A stretch of 64,000 nt of DNA from contig NW_005201123.1 of assembly GCF_000372725.1 (NCBI RefSeq), forward strand, positions 62,001 through 126,000, written 5' to 3'. Each line of letters opens with the position of its first letter. Position 1 is the first letter of the stretch. This document shows positions 11,820 to 23,919 of the stretch, one piece after another. The position numbers were made by a program, and so were the translations under genes. A model generated the notes under the pieces. It saw only the letters and a program-made list of their open reading frames with translations. It was not told the origin of the DNA and searched no databases. Source of the stretch: Emiliania huxleyi CCMP1516. Taxonomy: Eukaryota.

Positions 11820-12511
11820 GGTATCCGAGCGCCGTAACTCCGCCGTAGTAAAATTCTTTTGCTCCCACCGGAACCGCCTAGCGCCTGGGCTGTCCCATAG
11901 CGCGCCGCGCGAGCGCGAGCGCGCTGTGGGCGGGCACACCGGGAGCTACGGTGCGGCTCCCGCGGCTCCCCGGGGCCTGATCTCGTCGGCGGCGCTGCTC
12001 CGCTTGGGGCACGGCGTGTACTGGCTCGCCGGGGCCGCGCGGCACGGTGAGCGACTGCATCCGCACGCAATCGGATGGAACGCGGGCGCGTCGCTCTTCT
12101 ACCTACTACCAGAACCCGTGGGTGTCTGATCATCATCGAGGCCACCGACCGCTGCACCCGAACCTGTTTTTCGCGCGGATGGAACGCATCTATGGCGTGA
12201 TGGTGCCGCCCCACGTCGCGTGCCGTATCGTGGCCCTCGAGATGGCGCGTGCCGAGCCACACACGCTGCCCATCGCGCGATTCTCCATCCCGGCACGGGC
12301 CGCGGCGATATCTGTGACTGTGTCCTGTAGAGAGCCCAAAGTGTGAAGTGATGTGCATGAGTAAACGCCCCACTAAATAACACAACCTGAGTGTCGTATT
12401 TCTTCCGCAATTCTATAAACTTCTTTAAAAATCTCTTCTCTTGCGCGCCGGTTTTGAAGTTTTACGCCGCATGTCGATTTCTGGTTGGTTGTGTCGAGTG
12501 TCGATTGTGCA

Positions 12512-13724
12512 ATGCGCGACCGCACCCTCGTGGTCTTCCACTACGCCGAGCGCGCGAGCGACGCGCCACAGCAGCTGCAGCTCCGCAGGCGGAACCTCGA
12601 GTACTTTCTCCGTATCGGCGTCGTCGACGACCCCCGTGTTCACTTTATCCTCAACCTGGCGGCTGGCAACGTGACAGAGGCGCACCCGGACAGCTGCCCT
12701 GGCTCTCACGCCACCAGTGTAGCGAAGACGCCGTCTTGGCCGTTGCAAACACCTAGACTTTTGAAGCCTGCGGAATTGGCGCCCAGGCCACGCGCCCCGG
12801 GTGTCCCCACTTCACAGGAGCTTGGGCGAGGCGTGAGGCGAGTCCTGAGGGAAGCGCTTGCTCGGAGCGAGGAGACGCCACCGAGCAACTTTGAGCTGCG
12901 CCCACAGTGGACGCTGCCTCCCTCCGACCTTTGCCTTCACCACCGCACCCTCGCCGGCCTACCACTTGATCGCTACTCTCACGTGATCCTGCTCAACGAC
13001 GCCGTGCGCCGCCATAGCAGAGAGGGGCCCCGCACACTCGCAAAGCGCGCGCCGCACATCCGCGAAAGAGCTCCTGAGCCGAGCCTTGTACCACTCGCCT
13101 GCCACCGACGTCACCCGACCACCGTTCGCTCAGGTGCGAGGCCCGCTGCTCGGCCGCACAGGCGCCGGTCCTCCGGAGCGGCCCGTCTGGTTGGGGCCGC
13201 CAAAGTACAAGCTTCCCTACAAGTCGTCAACCGCCTCTCCCCTTCGCTCCGATGGCTGGTGGATGGCGTGGCGGGAGGGATGCGGTGACGCGGAAGTGTG
13301 CGGCGCCGTGGTCGTGTGTGTCCCCGAGTACGAGCCGCACGCGCAGAGCTACGCCGTGATGCTCCGAGTCCCCGACGGGTCGGACGTGTTTCTGCGCCGT
13401 CTCGAGGCGGAGCCGTGCTCGATCCCATGGGCGAGACGCAGCGAGCTGATCCACAAGGTTGAGATTGGACTCTCCCGTCGAACGGCCGAGCTGGGCATGG
13501 CTGTGGCGGGGCTGGAGGTGCAGGGGCAGGCCGGATTCGACGCCACGGGGTTCCGGACGGCACCTACTCCGCGCTCGGTTGCGAAGGCGCAGCACCTGTG
13601 GGAAAGGCACAAGGGCACGTGCGCGGGCGGCAGCTGCCGCAAGGACCCCGGGGGCGGACCGATGCACGCGGGTTGGCAGTTCACCGCCGCGTGCGTTCAG
13701 CGGCAGCAGGCCGCGATCGCGTAA
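12512..13724 (+). CDS. RgpF (rhamnan synthesis F)-like glycan-related protein (exons 12512-13003, 13134-13724)
   Basis: NLEYFLRIG, VILLNDAVRGP (formed by splicing), PHAQSYA and EIGLSR match the LLNDSxxGP / HxQSY / ExGxS pattern of RgpF-like domains. Confidence 0.6.
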
Positions 13725-14600
13725 CCTATCCATCAATGCACAACCTGGATACATGCCATCCTTGCAATCTTCACAATCCGCTTTCTTAGCACTCTCAGGT
13801 AGGGGCCTCGCATTCTTACGGGTGCACTGCAGGCGGCGCTCGCTCCCGTCCTCTTTGAGAAGATTGGCGGCTCCTTCTACGGCCTGTGAGATGCGCCGAG
13901 ATCACAAGAAGGAGAGTCGGAGATGTGCCAAGAGATTCGTCGAGACTGCCGAGATTGTAACACCAGGTGCACGCGGGGCATTGAGTGCTAAGCTCACAGC
14001 TCTCAGCTCGCGTCGTTGACCAGTGCTGCCGCCCCGCGCCAGATGCAATCGCCAACCCCCCCCCCCCCCCCCCCAGCAACCCGCGCCGTGCCGAGGTCGA
14101 GGAGCTCTCGCTTAGAGCGCTGGACGAAGTGTCGGTACGTTCGGTGTGGCTCACCCTCCATGCCGTGAACAGGCGCTTTATCATATATTCTTCTCTCGTT
14201 CCTCTTTGCGGGAATTTCTTTTCAAATAAGAATTCTTTCTGCGCCTAGTGCGCGCGGGGTGGTACGGCTCCGGCCGTGATGGGGGCGGGGAGGGGGCGGG
14301 GGCGACGGCCGCACGGAACCGCCGCCGGCGGGGGGCGAGGGCGCGGGCGAAGGAGGAGGAGCCAGAGCCCGGGGAGGATGGGAGGGGGAGGAGCGGCCGG
14401 AGGAGTACGCCGGCCTCTTTGACGACCCGTAAGGGGCCGTCGCCTGCTGTGCCATTTGTAGTGCCAGTCCGAGCCAGTCTGCTGTGAGAGGGGCTTGTGT
14501 AGTAAAATTCTTTCTGCGTCATGGCTGACGAGCTGGCTGTCGAACTAGTCATTGGAGCTGCCGTGCCGACGAACGCCGTGTCTATCCGCCTCCGTGCGCC

Positions 14601-17003
14601 ATGCCTCCGTCGTCGGGCTGCTCGAATGAGAAGCCGCAAGCCTCGATGAGCGTCTGCAATCTCACCGCCAATATCGCAAACTCGATCGTTGGCTTTGCCG
14701 TGCTGACGCTGCCGACAGGGATGGAGCGGCTGTCTGACAACGGGATGGCGACCTCCGAGGCGCTCGGCGTCGGCGTCGTCCTGCTGCTGGTTTTCGGGAC
14801 GCTCAACGCGTGGACGTTTACCCTCATTGCCGAGGCTTGCGAGCGGACAGGCGTGCCACAGCCCGCGTTCTCTCTGACCTTTTGCGCCATCATCCACTCG
14901 CGGCAGCCGAGGCGCCGGCCCGTTCCAAGAGCCTTCGTCGCATCCCACAGGGACCTGCTCGTATACGGCGGCGTGGCAGAAAACGCTCGGGCCGCGTACT
15001 GCGTGGCTGGTCTCGTCGAGCACGCTGCTGATCAGCTTCAACAATGCGGTCATCTGCCAGTCCATCATTGGCGCGCGCGCACACACGAAGCAGCTCCCGC
15101 TTTCGACTCCCCGGCGGATACGTACGCATGACACGCCCCCGCAGGCGTCTGCTTGACAGACTTGATCGGCTTCTTCCTCGAGCCGCCAGAGGAGCTGCCG
15201 CGGCTGCGCATCCAGCTGCTCGTGGTCGTCGCCGTCCTCTTACCGCTCTGGTGCCCATCCTCGCCTCAGCACTCCCTCTCTGCGTCCACGATGCTGCTGC
15301 CGAGACTAGCCTCCTCCCACCGCGGTTCCTGTCGTCCTCACCTCGCCTCCCACCCCGCGCCGATCAGCCTTTTGCCTTCCCTCAAGCCGCTCTCTGCCGC
15401 GTCGACCTTTGGCCTCGCTGGAACAGCGACGACAGCAGCGACGATGGCCGCGCGTGCTCTCGACACGTCCTACGGGCCCGAGGGCAAGTTTTTCGAGGTT
15501 GTGCAGTGGGTCCCCACCTTCGAGCAGCGCGCGGCAGACCCTGAGGGCGAGATCGCCGGTCTAGCCGCGGTGCGGAGACGAGTAGAGGAACGGGCACACT
15601 CTCTGAGAGACGCACGACAGACACGGCGGAGGCATGCACTCCATCGGAGTTGCGACTCCGCCGGGACGGACCGCCGATCACTCCCCGGCCCGGCCGTGGT
15701 GCCTCGGTGCGGTGCACGCCGAGAGGTGGTCGCGGCGCGTTGACCGCCGTGCGCATACTCGCGGTCAGGTCGCGCCGAGCTAGGAACCTTCTAGGAACCT
15801 TCTAGGAACCTTCGTCAGGTCGCGCCGAGCGCGAGCAGCGTGGCCTTCTTCCTCTCGCTCGCATCGAGCGCGTACCTGGCACACTTCAACGCGCCGCTCA
15901 TGTACGCAGAGACGCGCCCCGACCGACACGGCTCGCGCCTCGCCCCTTTCCGCGCTGCCGCTGCCATCGCCTTCTCTGCTGCAGCTGCGCTCTTCATCAG
16001 CATCGGGGGCGCCGGGTTCGCTACCTTTGGCGAGGCGGTGCAGGCGCTTGTCATCAACAACTACGCTGCTGCCGACCCGCTTGCCGCGATCGCCCGGTGC
16101 GGGGCTCCCTCCCGCCCCTCGAGTGTGTCAGCACGAGCGCAAGAATGCAAGCCTCCCCACCTCCCGGACTCGCGGCAGCAACTCGCACTCTCCCCTCCCA
16201 CCCTCCTCCGCCCTCCACGTCCCTCTCAGGTGCGGCCTCTTCCTGACCGTCCTCTTCGAGTTCCCGCTGCTGGAGCGCCCCTTTCGCCTCACCCTAGCGG
16301 AACAGCTCGGCAGTTCGCGCTTCGGCAGGCAAGTGGGCGCGCCGCCCCGCCCCGCTCTCGACCGCCTGTGCACCGACCAAGCGTAGGCAGCTCGAGCGGC
16401 GGCAAAGGTCGGATCCACGTCTTCCTCTCTCTCGGCGCCATCACCGCAGTCGCCTTGGCCGAGCCTCCCCTCGACCAGCTGGCGGCGTTGGGCGGCGCGA
16501 CGGGTGGCTCCCTCCTCATCTACATCGCCCCCGCCCTGATGACGCTCCGCCTCGCGAGCCGTACCATCCTCCCGCGGTCGGAGAGCGGGAGCTTCATCAT
16601 CGCCGCCGACATCGCCGCCGACACGGAGAGCGAGGCGCGTTCGGACGCGGCGCACGGGCACAGAGGGCCGGTCGCGGGCGCTTATGCAGCAGTGTTGTGG
16701 GCGATGGCGGCGATGGGGGTCGTACTTGCCGGCGCGGGTTCCTACAGCGCGCTGCAGGCCCGGGACCGGCCCTCAGACTTGCAGTCGGGTCTGGACGAAG
16801 CCGACCCGGAGACCGACACGGGGGAGGAGGAGGGCACGCCAGCGTTGGAGCCGCCCGCTACGAAGGGCGTGGGAGGGGCCACCGCCAGCCTCGCCATTGC
16901 CGCGCCCGCCGCCACACACTCCAGGCGGCGCGCGTTGCGACAGATGCTCATCTGCGCGCTGCCGGCAGGGAAGCTGCCCTCCCCCTCCGTGCGTTTACCT
17001 GAG
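14601..17003 (+). CDS. Amino-acid permease (AAAP/Aa_trans, SLC38-like), multi-exon; 3' end uncertain
   Basis: NIANSIVGFAVLTLP, SYTAAWQKTLG, AYLAHFNAP, GFATFG...VINNY, LGGATGGSLLIYIAPAL; multiple hydrophobic segments. Confidence 0.85.
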
Positions 17004-17264
17004 GTACGTGAGCCGCGCTCCTCACGCCGCGTGGCTGCCGACGCAGGCAGTCGTTTCCCGCGAGCGTTGCGGCCGTGTGGAACGGCAGCGACCCGACGGA
17101 CCGCGGCGTGGTCGCCCTCGGAGGGTGAGCTGCCGCCCACAAACGCTGAGAGAACGCTAAGAAGCCGCCGAGAGACCAACCAGTGCGCTGATGAAAAGGC
17201 CGGGCAGGAGATTACCGAGCACCCCCTCGACCATCGGCAGCACCGCAGCTGCTCCTCGACCGTA

Positions 17265-18829
17265 GGTGCGCCGCCGACTACCACCACGAGCACGGGCGCC
17301 TCAGTCTCGTCTTCGCACTCGTCCGCTCGCAGCAGCTCGACTTTGTCCGCGCGTCGCCGCCGCCAGGCCGTGTGTTGCAGAGCTCCTACAGCGAGGGTCC
17401 GACGCGATCGCCGATGGGGCGCAAAGCCACGCTTTTCCACCGCCCGTACTTCAAGCATTCCGCCGCTTGGGTCGATTCGGTCGGCCTCGCCATCACCCTC
17501 GAGGGCAGGCCATGCAATCTGACGTTCCATGAGTGCGCAATGCTGGCATTCGACCCACCGTGTCCCGTGGAAGCGGCTATTGACAAGTCATTCCTTGCCA
17601 GGTACGCGGCGAGAGCCGATTGCGCCCTTTCGCCGAGCCACCACGACGTGATCGACGAGCGCGAGCATTACCAGGCCAGCCACCCTCCCATCGAGACACA
17701 ACCCTCCTTGCGACACCCCCCGCCGCTTCGAAAGGCGCTGCCGCCCCTCCCCAGGTCGGCCACCGCGACGTGGTGCTCACCAACCATCACACCCTCTCTA
17801 CGCGCCGCATGACGGCGGTGGTGCGGCTCGTGCTGCAGCCGGTGGAGCCACTCCACATGCCAGCGGCTTCACAAGAGGCACCTGTCGGCCACATGCCTGC
17901 CGGAGTGGCTACAGGCGACGACGCTCCGCGTCAACAGCCACACGCGTGACGTCGTTTGGGCGGGGTCGGCTCTCTTCATACCGCCATGCTCGCGCCTCGT
18001 ATGGCGACGGCTGGCAGATTGGGCGGCGGCGTGGCAGGCTGCGGGGTTTGTCGACATTGTCGTCCACGCACGTAGCCAGGCCCTCTGTTCGGAGCTCACC
18101 GAACGCGTGCCCGGCGTCGCGTGCGTGCCGTCGCCCTCGCTGCCGGACGGGTTCCCCGAGGGGCTTGGCGCGCCGCCGTCGCCGTCGCTCACCGAGCCGC
18201 CCGCCGAGCCGCCCGCCGAGGTTGCGCGCGACTACCTCGACTGGCCGCTGCTCAACATGGTCGGGCTTGTGCAGTCTGAGGTGCCGGGCTCCCCCGCGCG
18301 GCTGGCGGTGCTCGTCCGGACTCACCCCGCCCCCCGCTGTCCAGGCGGCGGGCTACCGCACGGCCGCTTTCCTCGACGTCGAGGATCGACCGCCCGAGGG
18401 CGCCGCGATCGCCGCCGCCCTCGGCGAGCTCGTGCACAGTCGGTCGCCGTATGCGTACCTCTTCCGGCCACTCCACGGCTGCGACGCGTGCCCAACCAGC
18501 TTGGGCGCGCCCGCGGTGGCGATGCACCTCGGCCGTCTCGCTCGCGATCTTCCCGCTCCATTCGGGTCGTAGGTGAGCTCGCCGCGGCGATGCGTAGCGA
18601 CCACTGCAACCTCTCGGGCGGGCTGCACAAGGTGCTTGGCGTGCCCGCCCGCATGTCCTCAGTGCGGGTCGGCTCCGCCTCGCCCACCATCGGCAGGGGC
18701 CATGATTCGGGCGCGTGCATGCAGCGCCCAGTGTCGCTGATCGAGAAGGGCCAGTGTGGCGCCCTGCCAGCGGCGCGCGCTAGGAACGGGAGCAGCGCGA
18801 GAGAGGAGCGGCGGAAGCGCACTGTCTAG
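17265..18829 (+). CDS. Hypothetical multi-exon protein
   Basis: Several protein-like segments separated by C-rich intron-like stretches ending in AG (e.g. 17755, 18344, 18572); no recognised family. Confidence 0.35.
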
Positions 18830-19144
18830 CGAGAGAGAGGAGCGTGCGCACCGCCCGCGCTGTCAGCCGCGGGGCGTCCGAATGGGAACTGTGGACACTT
18901 GCGTGGTATTCATCTAATATTCGCGCGTGTTCCTCTAAATTGCCACCCAGACGATAAGGATAATAAACAAATAAACGCAGACCCCAGAGGTGGGAGAAGG
19001 ACGCGGAAACGGTCCCCATCTGGTGCGATCAGGTGCGATCAAAAAACAGCCGTACCCGGTACTTTTATTTTATTCGCCCTGAACAGCGACTCTCCAGAAG
19101 ACGTATCGCTCAGACGACCGTCGCGTCAGTCTCTCAAAAAACGA

Positions 19145-20770
19145 ATGCGGCGCGACGAACTGATCTTGATCGACGGCACGAGCGTCGCCTCGACGGATTG
19201 GTCAGTGTACCGGCGCCGCGTCGAGGAGCTTCTGCGCGCGCTCATCGCGAACGCCGCCGCCGCTTCGTGCGAGCCGGCGGTGCCCTTCCTCATCGGCGTG
19301 GCCCACGGCGCCCACTTGGCGCACGTCACCTCCTGCAACCCATCACTGGAGCAGCACGGCCCGTTCTGGAAGTCGGAGTTGGAGCGTGTCGCGGCCCTTC
19401 TCGCCCAGGGTCCGGTTGGCATCGAGCCCGGAGTGCTGGCGCTGCAGTCGCTCTCCACAGGGCCGCTTCACCGCGCTGTCTTCGTTGCGCCGTCTGGGTC
19501 GCGCAGCCTCGAGCCGCGCGTCCTCGGGCACGCGCTCTCTGGCATGCCCGGCTTCGCCCTCGAGGTGCTGGTCGTGCCGGACGGCGCTCTGACGCAGCCC
19601 GTGACGCTGCAGACGGACCTCATTCTTCTGCAAGCCAGCCACCCGCTGCAGGTCAGCCTCTTGGAAGAGGGTGCGTGGGCGTGGTCGGCTCGGAGGCTGG
19701 TCGAGCGGCAGCAAACGCAAGTGGGCCTCGAGCTGGGCGACGCCACGCTGCTCACCTGCGTTGCACGCCCGTCGGTCCTCGCCACAGAGACGGCGCAAGA
19801 CCTGCGCGCGTGCGTCTGCCACAGTGCCATGCTTGATGGGCCACGGCCTGCGGCGCCGTCGCTGGGATCGGGGCAGCACCCCCCCGTTTGCCCTCGGTCA
19901 AAGCTGCCGCTGGACAATCGGGACATCTACATCGTCGGGTGCGTCGGTTGCACGCTTTGGCCGGCCTCCCTCGCCCCCGCTGTGCGCGCTACCAACGCCA
20001 ACATGATGGGCCCCGCTCCTGGCGTCAACGAACGCGCGCTGCCATCGATCGTGCCTCTCTCCCGGATCCGCCTCGAGCGTGTCCCGCTGACCTCCCTGTA
20101 CGGCGAGCCATGGCTTGTCACTGCCGACCCGGCCAGCCTGCATCCAATGGCGCACGGCCTCTTCCAGGCCCTCGCCTCAAAACTGCATGAGGCCAAAGAG
20201 GGGATCGTCTGCCGCATCCGTGCTGGCGATGCCGCCTCCCACAGCAGCCTCGCCTCGAGGCCGCCGCCCCAGGCGGTGCTGCTGCCCCAGGGGCCGCCGC
20301 ATCTGTCGCTTGTGCTCAAGGCGTTCGTGCCGGCCTCGCAGCTCCCCTCCACGCCACCGCACGCCTTTGCGGCGGGCGGCGGCGGGCAGGACGAATTGCC
20401 AGCGCAGGCGAAGGAGCAGGTCGCCTCGGCCTTGGCGCAGTATGGTATCGACGACTTTCCAAACGACAGTCCGGTCGGCGACGGCGCCAAGGTGGCCGCC
20501 ATGGCGCTCCGCAGTGACCGCCACTACGCTCCGCACCCCGTTGCTTCGTCCGCCGGCGATTCATCGATGCGCAGGAGCGTGGGGATGCCACTGGCGCCCG
20601 CAGCGCCGCCGCCGCCGCACCAACGTCCACAGCAATACCCACAAGCAGGCAGCACGCAGCCCGCGCGAGCGGCGCCGCAGGTGCACCAGGGCCAGTCGTT
20701 GATGGCGCGCACGTCGCGCCCCAGCAAGCGCAAGATGCCACGCATCAGCCTCACAGAGGGAGGGGCGTAG
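19145..20770 (+). CDS. M1AP (meiosis 1 arrest protein)-like, vWA-like N-terminus, intronless
   Basis: Long clean ORF; LILIDG N-terminal strand; SLYGEPWLV...FQALASKL...LVLKAFVPASQLP...VASALAQY resembles my recollection of the M1AP C-terminal half (LTYGLPFIL...FHALCHSL...LLVKAVATRELMLP...VESMLDSL). Confidence 0.5.
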   Translation: MRRDELILIDGTSVASTDWSVYRRRVEELLRALIANAAAASCEPAVPFLIGVAHGAHLAHVTSCNPSLEQHGPFWKSELERVAALLAQGPVGIEPGVLALQSLSTGPLHRAVFVAPSGSRSLEPRVLGHALSGMPGFALEVLVVPDGALTQPVTLQTDLILLQASHPLQVSLLEEGAWAWSARRLVERQQTQVGLELGDATLLTCVARPSVLATETAQDLRACVCHSAMLDGPRPAAPSLGSGQHPPVCPRSKLPLDNRDIYIVGCVGCTLWPASLAPAVRATNANMMGPAPGVNERALPSIVPLSRIRLERVPLTSLYGEPWLVTADPASLHPMAHGLFQALASKLHEAKEGIVCRIRAGDAASHSSLASRPPPQAVLLPQGPPHLSLVLKAFVPASQLPSTPPHAFAAGGGGQDELPAQAKEQVASALAQYGIDDFPNDSPVGDGAKVAAMALRSDRHYAPHPVASSAGDSSMRRSVGMPLAPAAPPPPHQRPQQYPQAGSTQPARAAPQVHQGQSLMARTSRPSKRKMPRISLTEGGA

Positions 20771-21309
20771 GGCGAGGGATTCGGCGCTTCTCGGTTCGCT
20801 GCAGTCGTTCCAGGGAAACGACAAATGCTGGACGCGGATGGATGGCGCCAGGCCGGAGCAGCGAGAGAACACAGAGAGAAGGGACACGCATGTGAGTTGT
20901 GCCAGCCCGGATGAGGCTGAGGATTGGGGAGGAGGACCTGCCACCCTGCGAAAAGTGCTGGCTGGGCGGAGCGAACGGGAGAACCGTGTGTGACAATTTC
21001 GCTTTTCGGTGAGCTGGCGTTGATGCACAAACTGCTACGGCTTTAATTAACTGGGCGGCAGGGCGCACACACACACACGAGATCGAGAAAGGATTGGGCT
21101 CTTTGGGGATTGCTTCTCGTCGCGCGCCAGAGATCGGTAAACTGTTGGTACGCAGCCCCGAAATTTTTCTCGATGCTACTGACCTCACCTGAGCCTCCCT
21201 GGAAACTACCGTGGGATCATGATGCTGGAGACAGCGTACAAGATCGTTGGCAACATCATCCTCGTTCGGCTCAAACAAACGTAACCGATCAAGGAGAGGG
21301 TGGAACGCT

Positions 21310-21630
21310 GAATCACGAGAACCAAAACGGCTTCCGTCCGAACCGTGGCTGCTTCGACGCGATCTTCTCGATCAGGCGTTCGACCGAGTGCCGCGCGAGC
21401 TGCTTTGGCGCGTGATGCTGCAGCAGGGCGTGCCTCCCAAGATCGTCTCGCTGCTCAAGGCGCTGCATGCGACGGTCAAGGTTCAATTCGAGGTGGGTGG
21501 CGTGAAGAAGGTGATCGACTCGATTATCGGCCGATTATCAAGCAGGGTGACCTGCTCGGCCCCGAGCTATTCATCTTCTTCATGGCGGCGGTCATGGAGA
21601 CATGGCGCCTCCAACACGACTTCGAGCTGT
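21310..21630 (+). pseudogene. Degenerate non-LTR retrotransposon reverse transcriptase fragment (RTE-like)
   Basis: ENQNGFRPNRGCFDAIF, AFDRVPRELLW...GVPPKIVSLLKALH and IKQGDLLGPELF in three frames, with a deletion before AFD; no YADD. Confidence 0.88.
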
Positions 21631-21947
21631 GTGCGTCGTCCGCTCGAAGCGCGATTTCGTCCTCACCGGTCGGCGCCCGTCTACCGTCGGCGATGTCGAT
21701 TTTTTGTGTGTGCTGGAGAGGGTGGCCTGTACAGATGACCTGTGAAAGCTGGCGAGGGTCGGTCGGCTCCTAACTCGCTGTGTATATAGTTAGTAGCGAT
21801 GAGCTCACTAGCTAGAGCTCACACTAGAGGCCTTCATCGCATTCGCCTTCCTGGTACCCAGCGCTGACTTCTGACTGTCGTTGCTGTCTCTCCCTTCTCG
21901 GCTGTCTGTGCTTGTGCGTCTTGGGTCCGGGGTTGTGTTTTTATGTG

Positions 21948-22163
21948 AACATCAACAACGCTGCTCGCAACATGCGTGTCGCGCACTCATTCATGACCGG
22001 CCGGTCTCAATGTCCCACCCGTCCCCCCTGCGCGCGGGCCTTCTAGGCCCGCGGGTAGTATCCCCCCATCCCCAGGGCCTCCAGGGCTCGCACCTCAACA
22101 CCTCTCACAGACCAGCGCACAGCGCCATAGGACGTATTTTCTTCTCAATAACGGTGAACGAGC
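21948..22163 (+). mobile_element. Short 3'-end copy of an RLE-type non-LTR retrotransposon
   Basis: Closely similar to the reverse complement of 56155-56363 (AACATCAACAACGCTGCTCGCAACATGCGTGTCGCGCAC...). Confidence 0.75.
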
Positions 22164-22240
22164 TAGCGTGCGGGGAGAGCGGCATTGTGCATGGTGCGGA
22201 GTGCATTGCCGTTCTTAACGGAGTCGCTTAGGCGGCTCCG

Positions 22241-23415
22241 GTGGTGAGCCGGTGTGTGTGCCAGTCCGCGCCAGTCCGCGCCCTTGTCGTGCCAGTGTGC
22301 TGTGAGAGAGGCTTGTATCTCTGCGAGAGCGACGACGACGCGCTGCCACGCGCTGATCCGAGCGGCCCTGGCGCCTATCTTCTCGTGTGCGGTTGCAAGA
22401 AGCATTCGTACACGGTGGTTGCGAGGCGCGCCAACGAGCACAACTCGGTGGACTCCGCCGCCGGTGCTACCTTCACAAAAGCCACATGCGCCGGCACATG
22501 GCGACTGGCCCGCTTCTGGTCGACAGCACGCTGCGGCGACTGCACGATCCACAAGAAGCGAGCCGCAGTCTCGCTCGAGTACGCACTCAAGCAGGCGTGC
22601 GGTTGGCACCGCTTCCATCGCCACGCCGACGGGCGAGCTTACCAGCTCGAGCCAAACAGCTGCGGCGGTTTCAACTGCAACTTATTGGATGAGGCCTGGC
22701 CCATTCTACTGCGCTCGTGGGCACCGTGCCAGGTGTGCAGCAGGCACGGCGATCCACATCATATCAGGCAGGTGGATGGCGATGGTATGCCCGTCGTGGG
22801 CAACGGCGAGGAGCCGCCGCCGCTCCCGGAGGTGTCTGCGCTGAATCCCTTCATGTGGTGCGAGCGCTGCCACTGGGAGTGGCGTGCCTCGGACTTCTCC
22901 GCTGCCGTCAGGGCCGGGCACTACGGCCAGAGGGGCGTGCCGCTCTGCACGCAGCACGTGTTCGGCTTCCAGGACAATTACGTGGCGCGCCAAGAGGAAA
23001 ATTACAGACTCGCCGGCGACGACGGCGACGAGGCCGAGGAGGAAGGGGCCGGACACGACGAGGCAGACGCGGCGGACGCGGCCGCAGGTGCTGCCGCCGA
23101 GGGCGAAACGTGCCGAGCGAAATGGACGACTTCATCGCGCAGGACGAGGAGGAAGAGGAGGAGGACGACGACGACGACGGCGACGACGTCGACGAAGGGG
23201 AAGCAGAGGACAGTGAGGTGGAGGATGAGGAGGGTGGGCAGGACAACCCGATCGAGCTGAGCGACGCCGAGGAGGACCCCGGCACAACACCGATGCCCCC
23301 GCAGGAGCAGGAGTTTGCGCCGGAGCCTCGGTCCGAGTCGCAGGAAGATGAGCAGTTTCGTGCAGCATTGCACGCATCCGTGCAAACAGAGACAGACTCC
23401 AGTGGTGAGGACTGA
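22241..23415 (+). pseudogene. GIY-YIG (SLX1/UPF0213-like) nuclease with Cys/His clusters, acidic tail and UIM-like end; probably decayed
   Basis: GAYLLVC..HSYT..ARRANEHNS..GATFTK..WRL..AVSLEYALKQ; residues normally after the YTG motif are missing; frameshift near 23105 into MDDFIAQDEEE...; EDEQFRAALHAS. Confidence 0.65.
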
Positions 23416-23919
23416 GAAGCGGTTGGGGGCTCTGAGCCGTTGTTTGTGCGTTTGTGGTCACTCTGCGGAGCTCTATAGTTCAGAATGCCACCCCCCGTCG
23501 TACGTACGGGGGAAAGCCGTACGCCGCGCGCGGTATACTCATACTGCGAAAGAGGGATGAATTTTGAGCGTGGGCCGGCGCGCGCAACGCAAGCGAGAGG
23601 CAAGCTCTGCACATCCCCTATGCCCTATAAAACCGCGCTCAAACGAACCGATTTCTTGGCCGCACGAGGTCGTCCGTAGGTCGGTCGGAGTCCCTGGGGT
23701 CGATTTTTCAAAGTGAATAGTACGGCATAGAAACTGCAAAACAAGATGCGTTAGCCCGAAACACATAGACACCCACATGGGTTGCAATCCCTCAACACAA
23801 GTGGCCCACCCTTCACATTTTGTCGCGCTCCGGGGGCAGGGCGGGCGGGTGGCGGGAGGGGGTGAACGGATTGCTACAATTGTATCACGGGCAGCGCGAT
23901 GCGTCTGCGGCAGCCGCCG

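Noticed and set aside
21310..21630. DGR or retron RT driving RCC1 diversification
   Set aside because: Motifs are those of a broken non-LTR RT; no template/variable repeat pair and RCC1 variation is not adenine-specific
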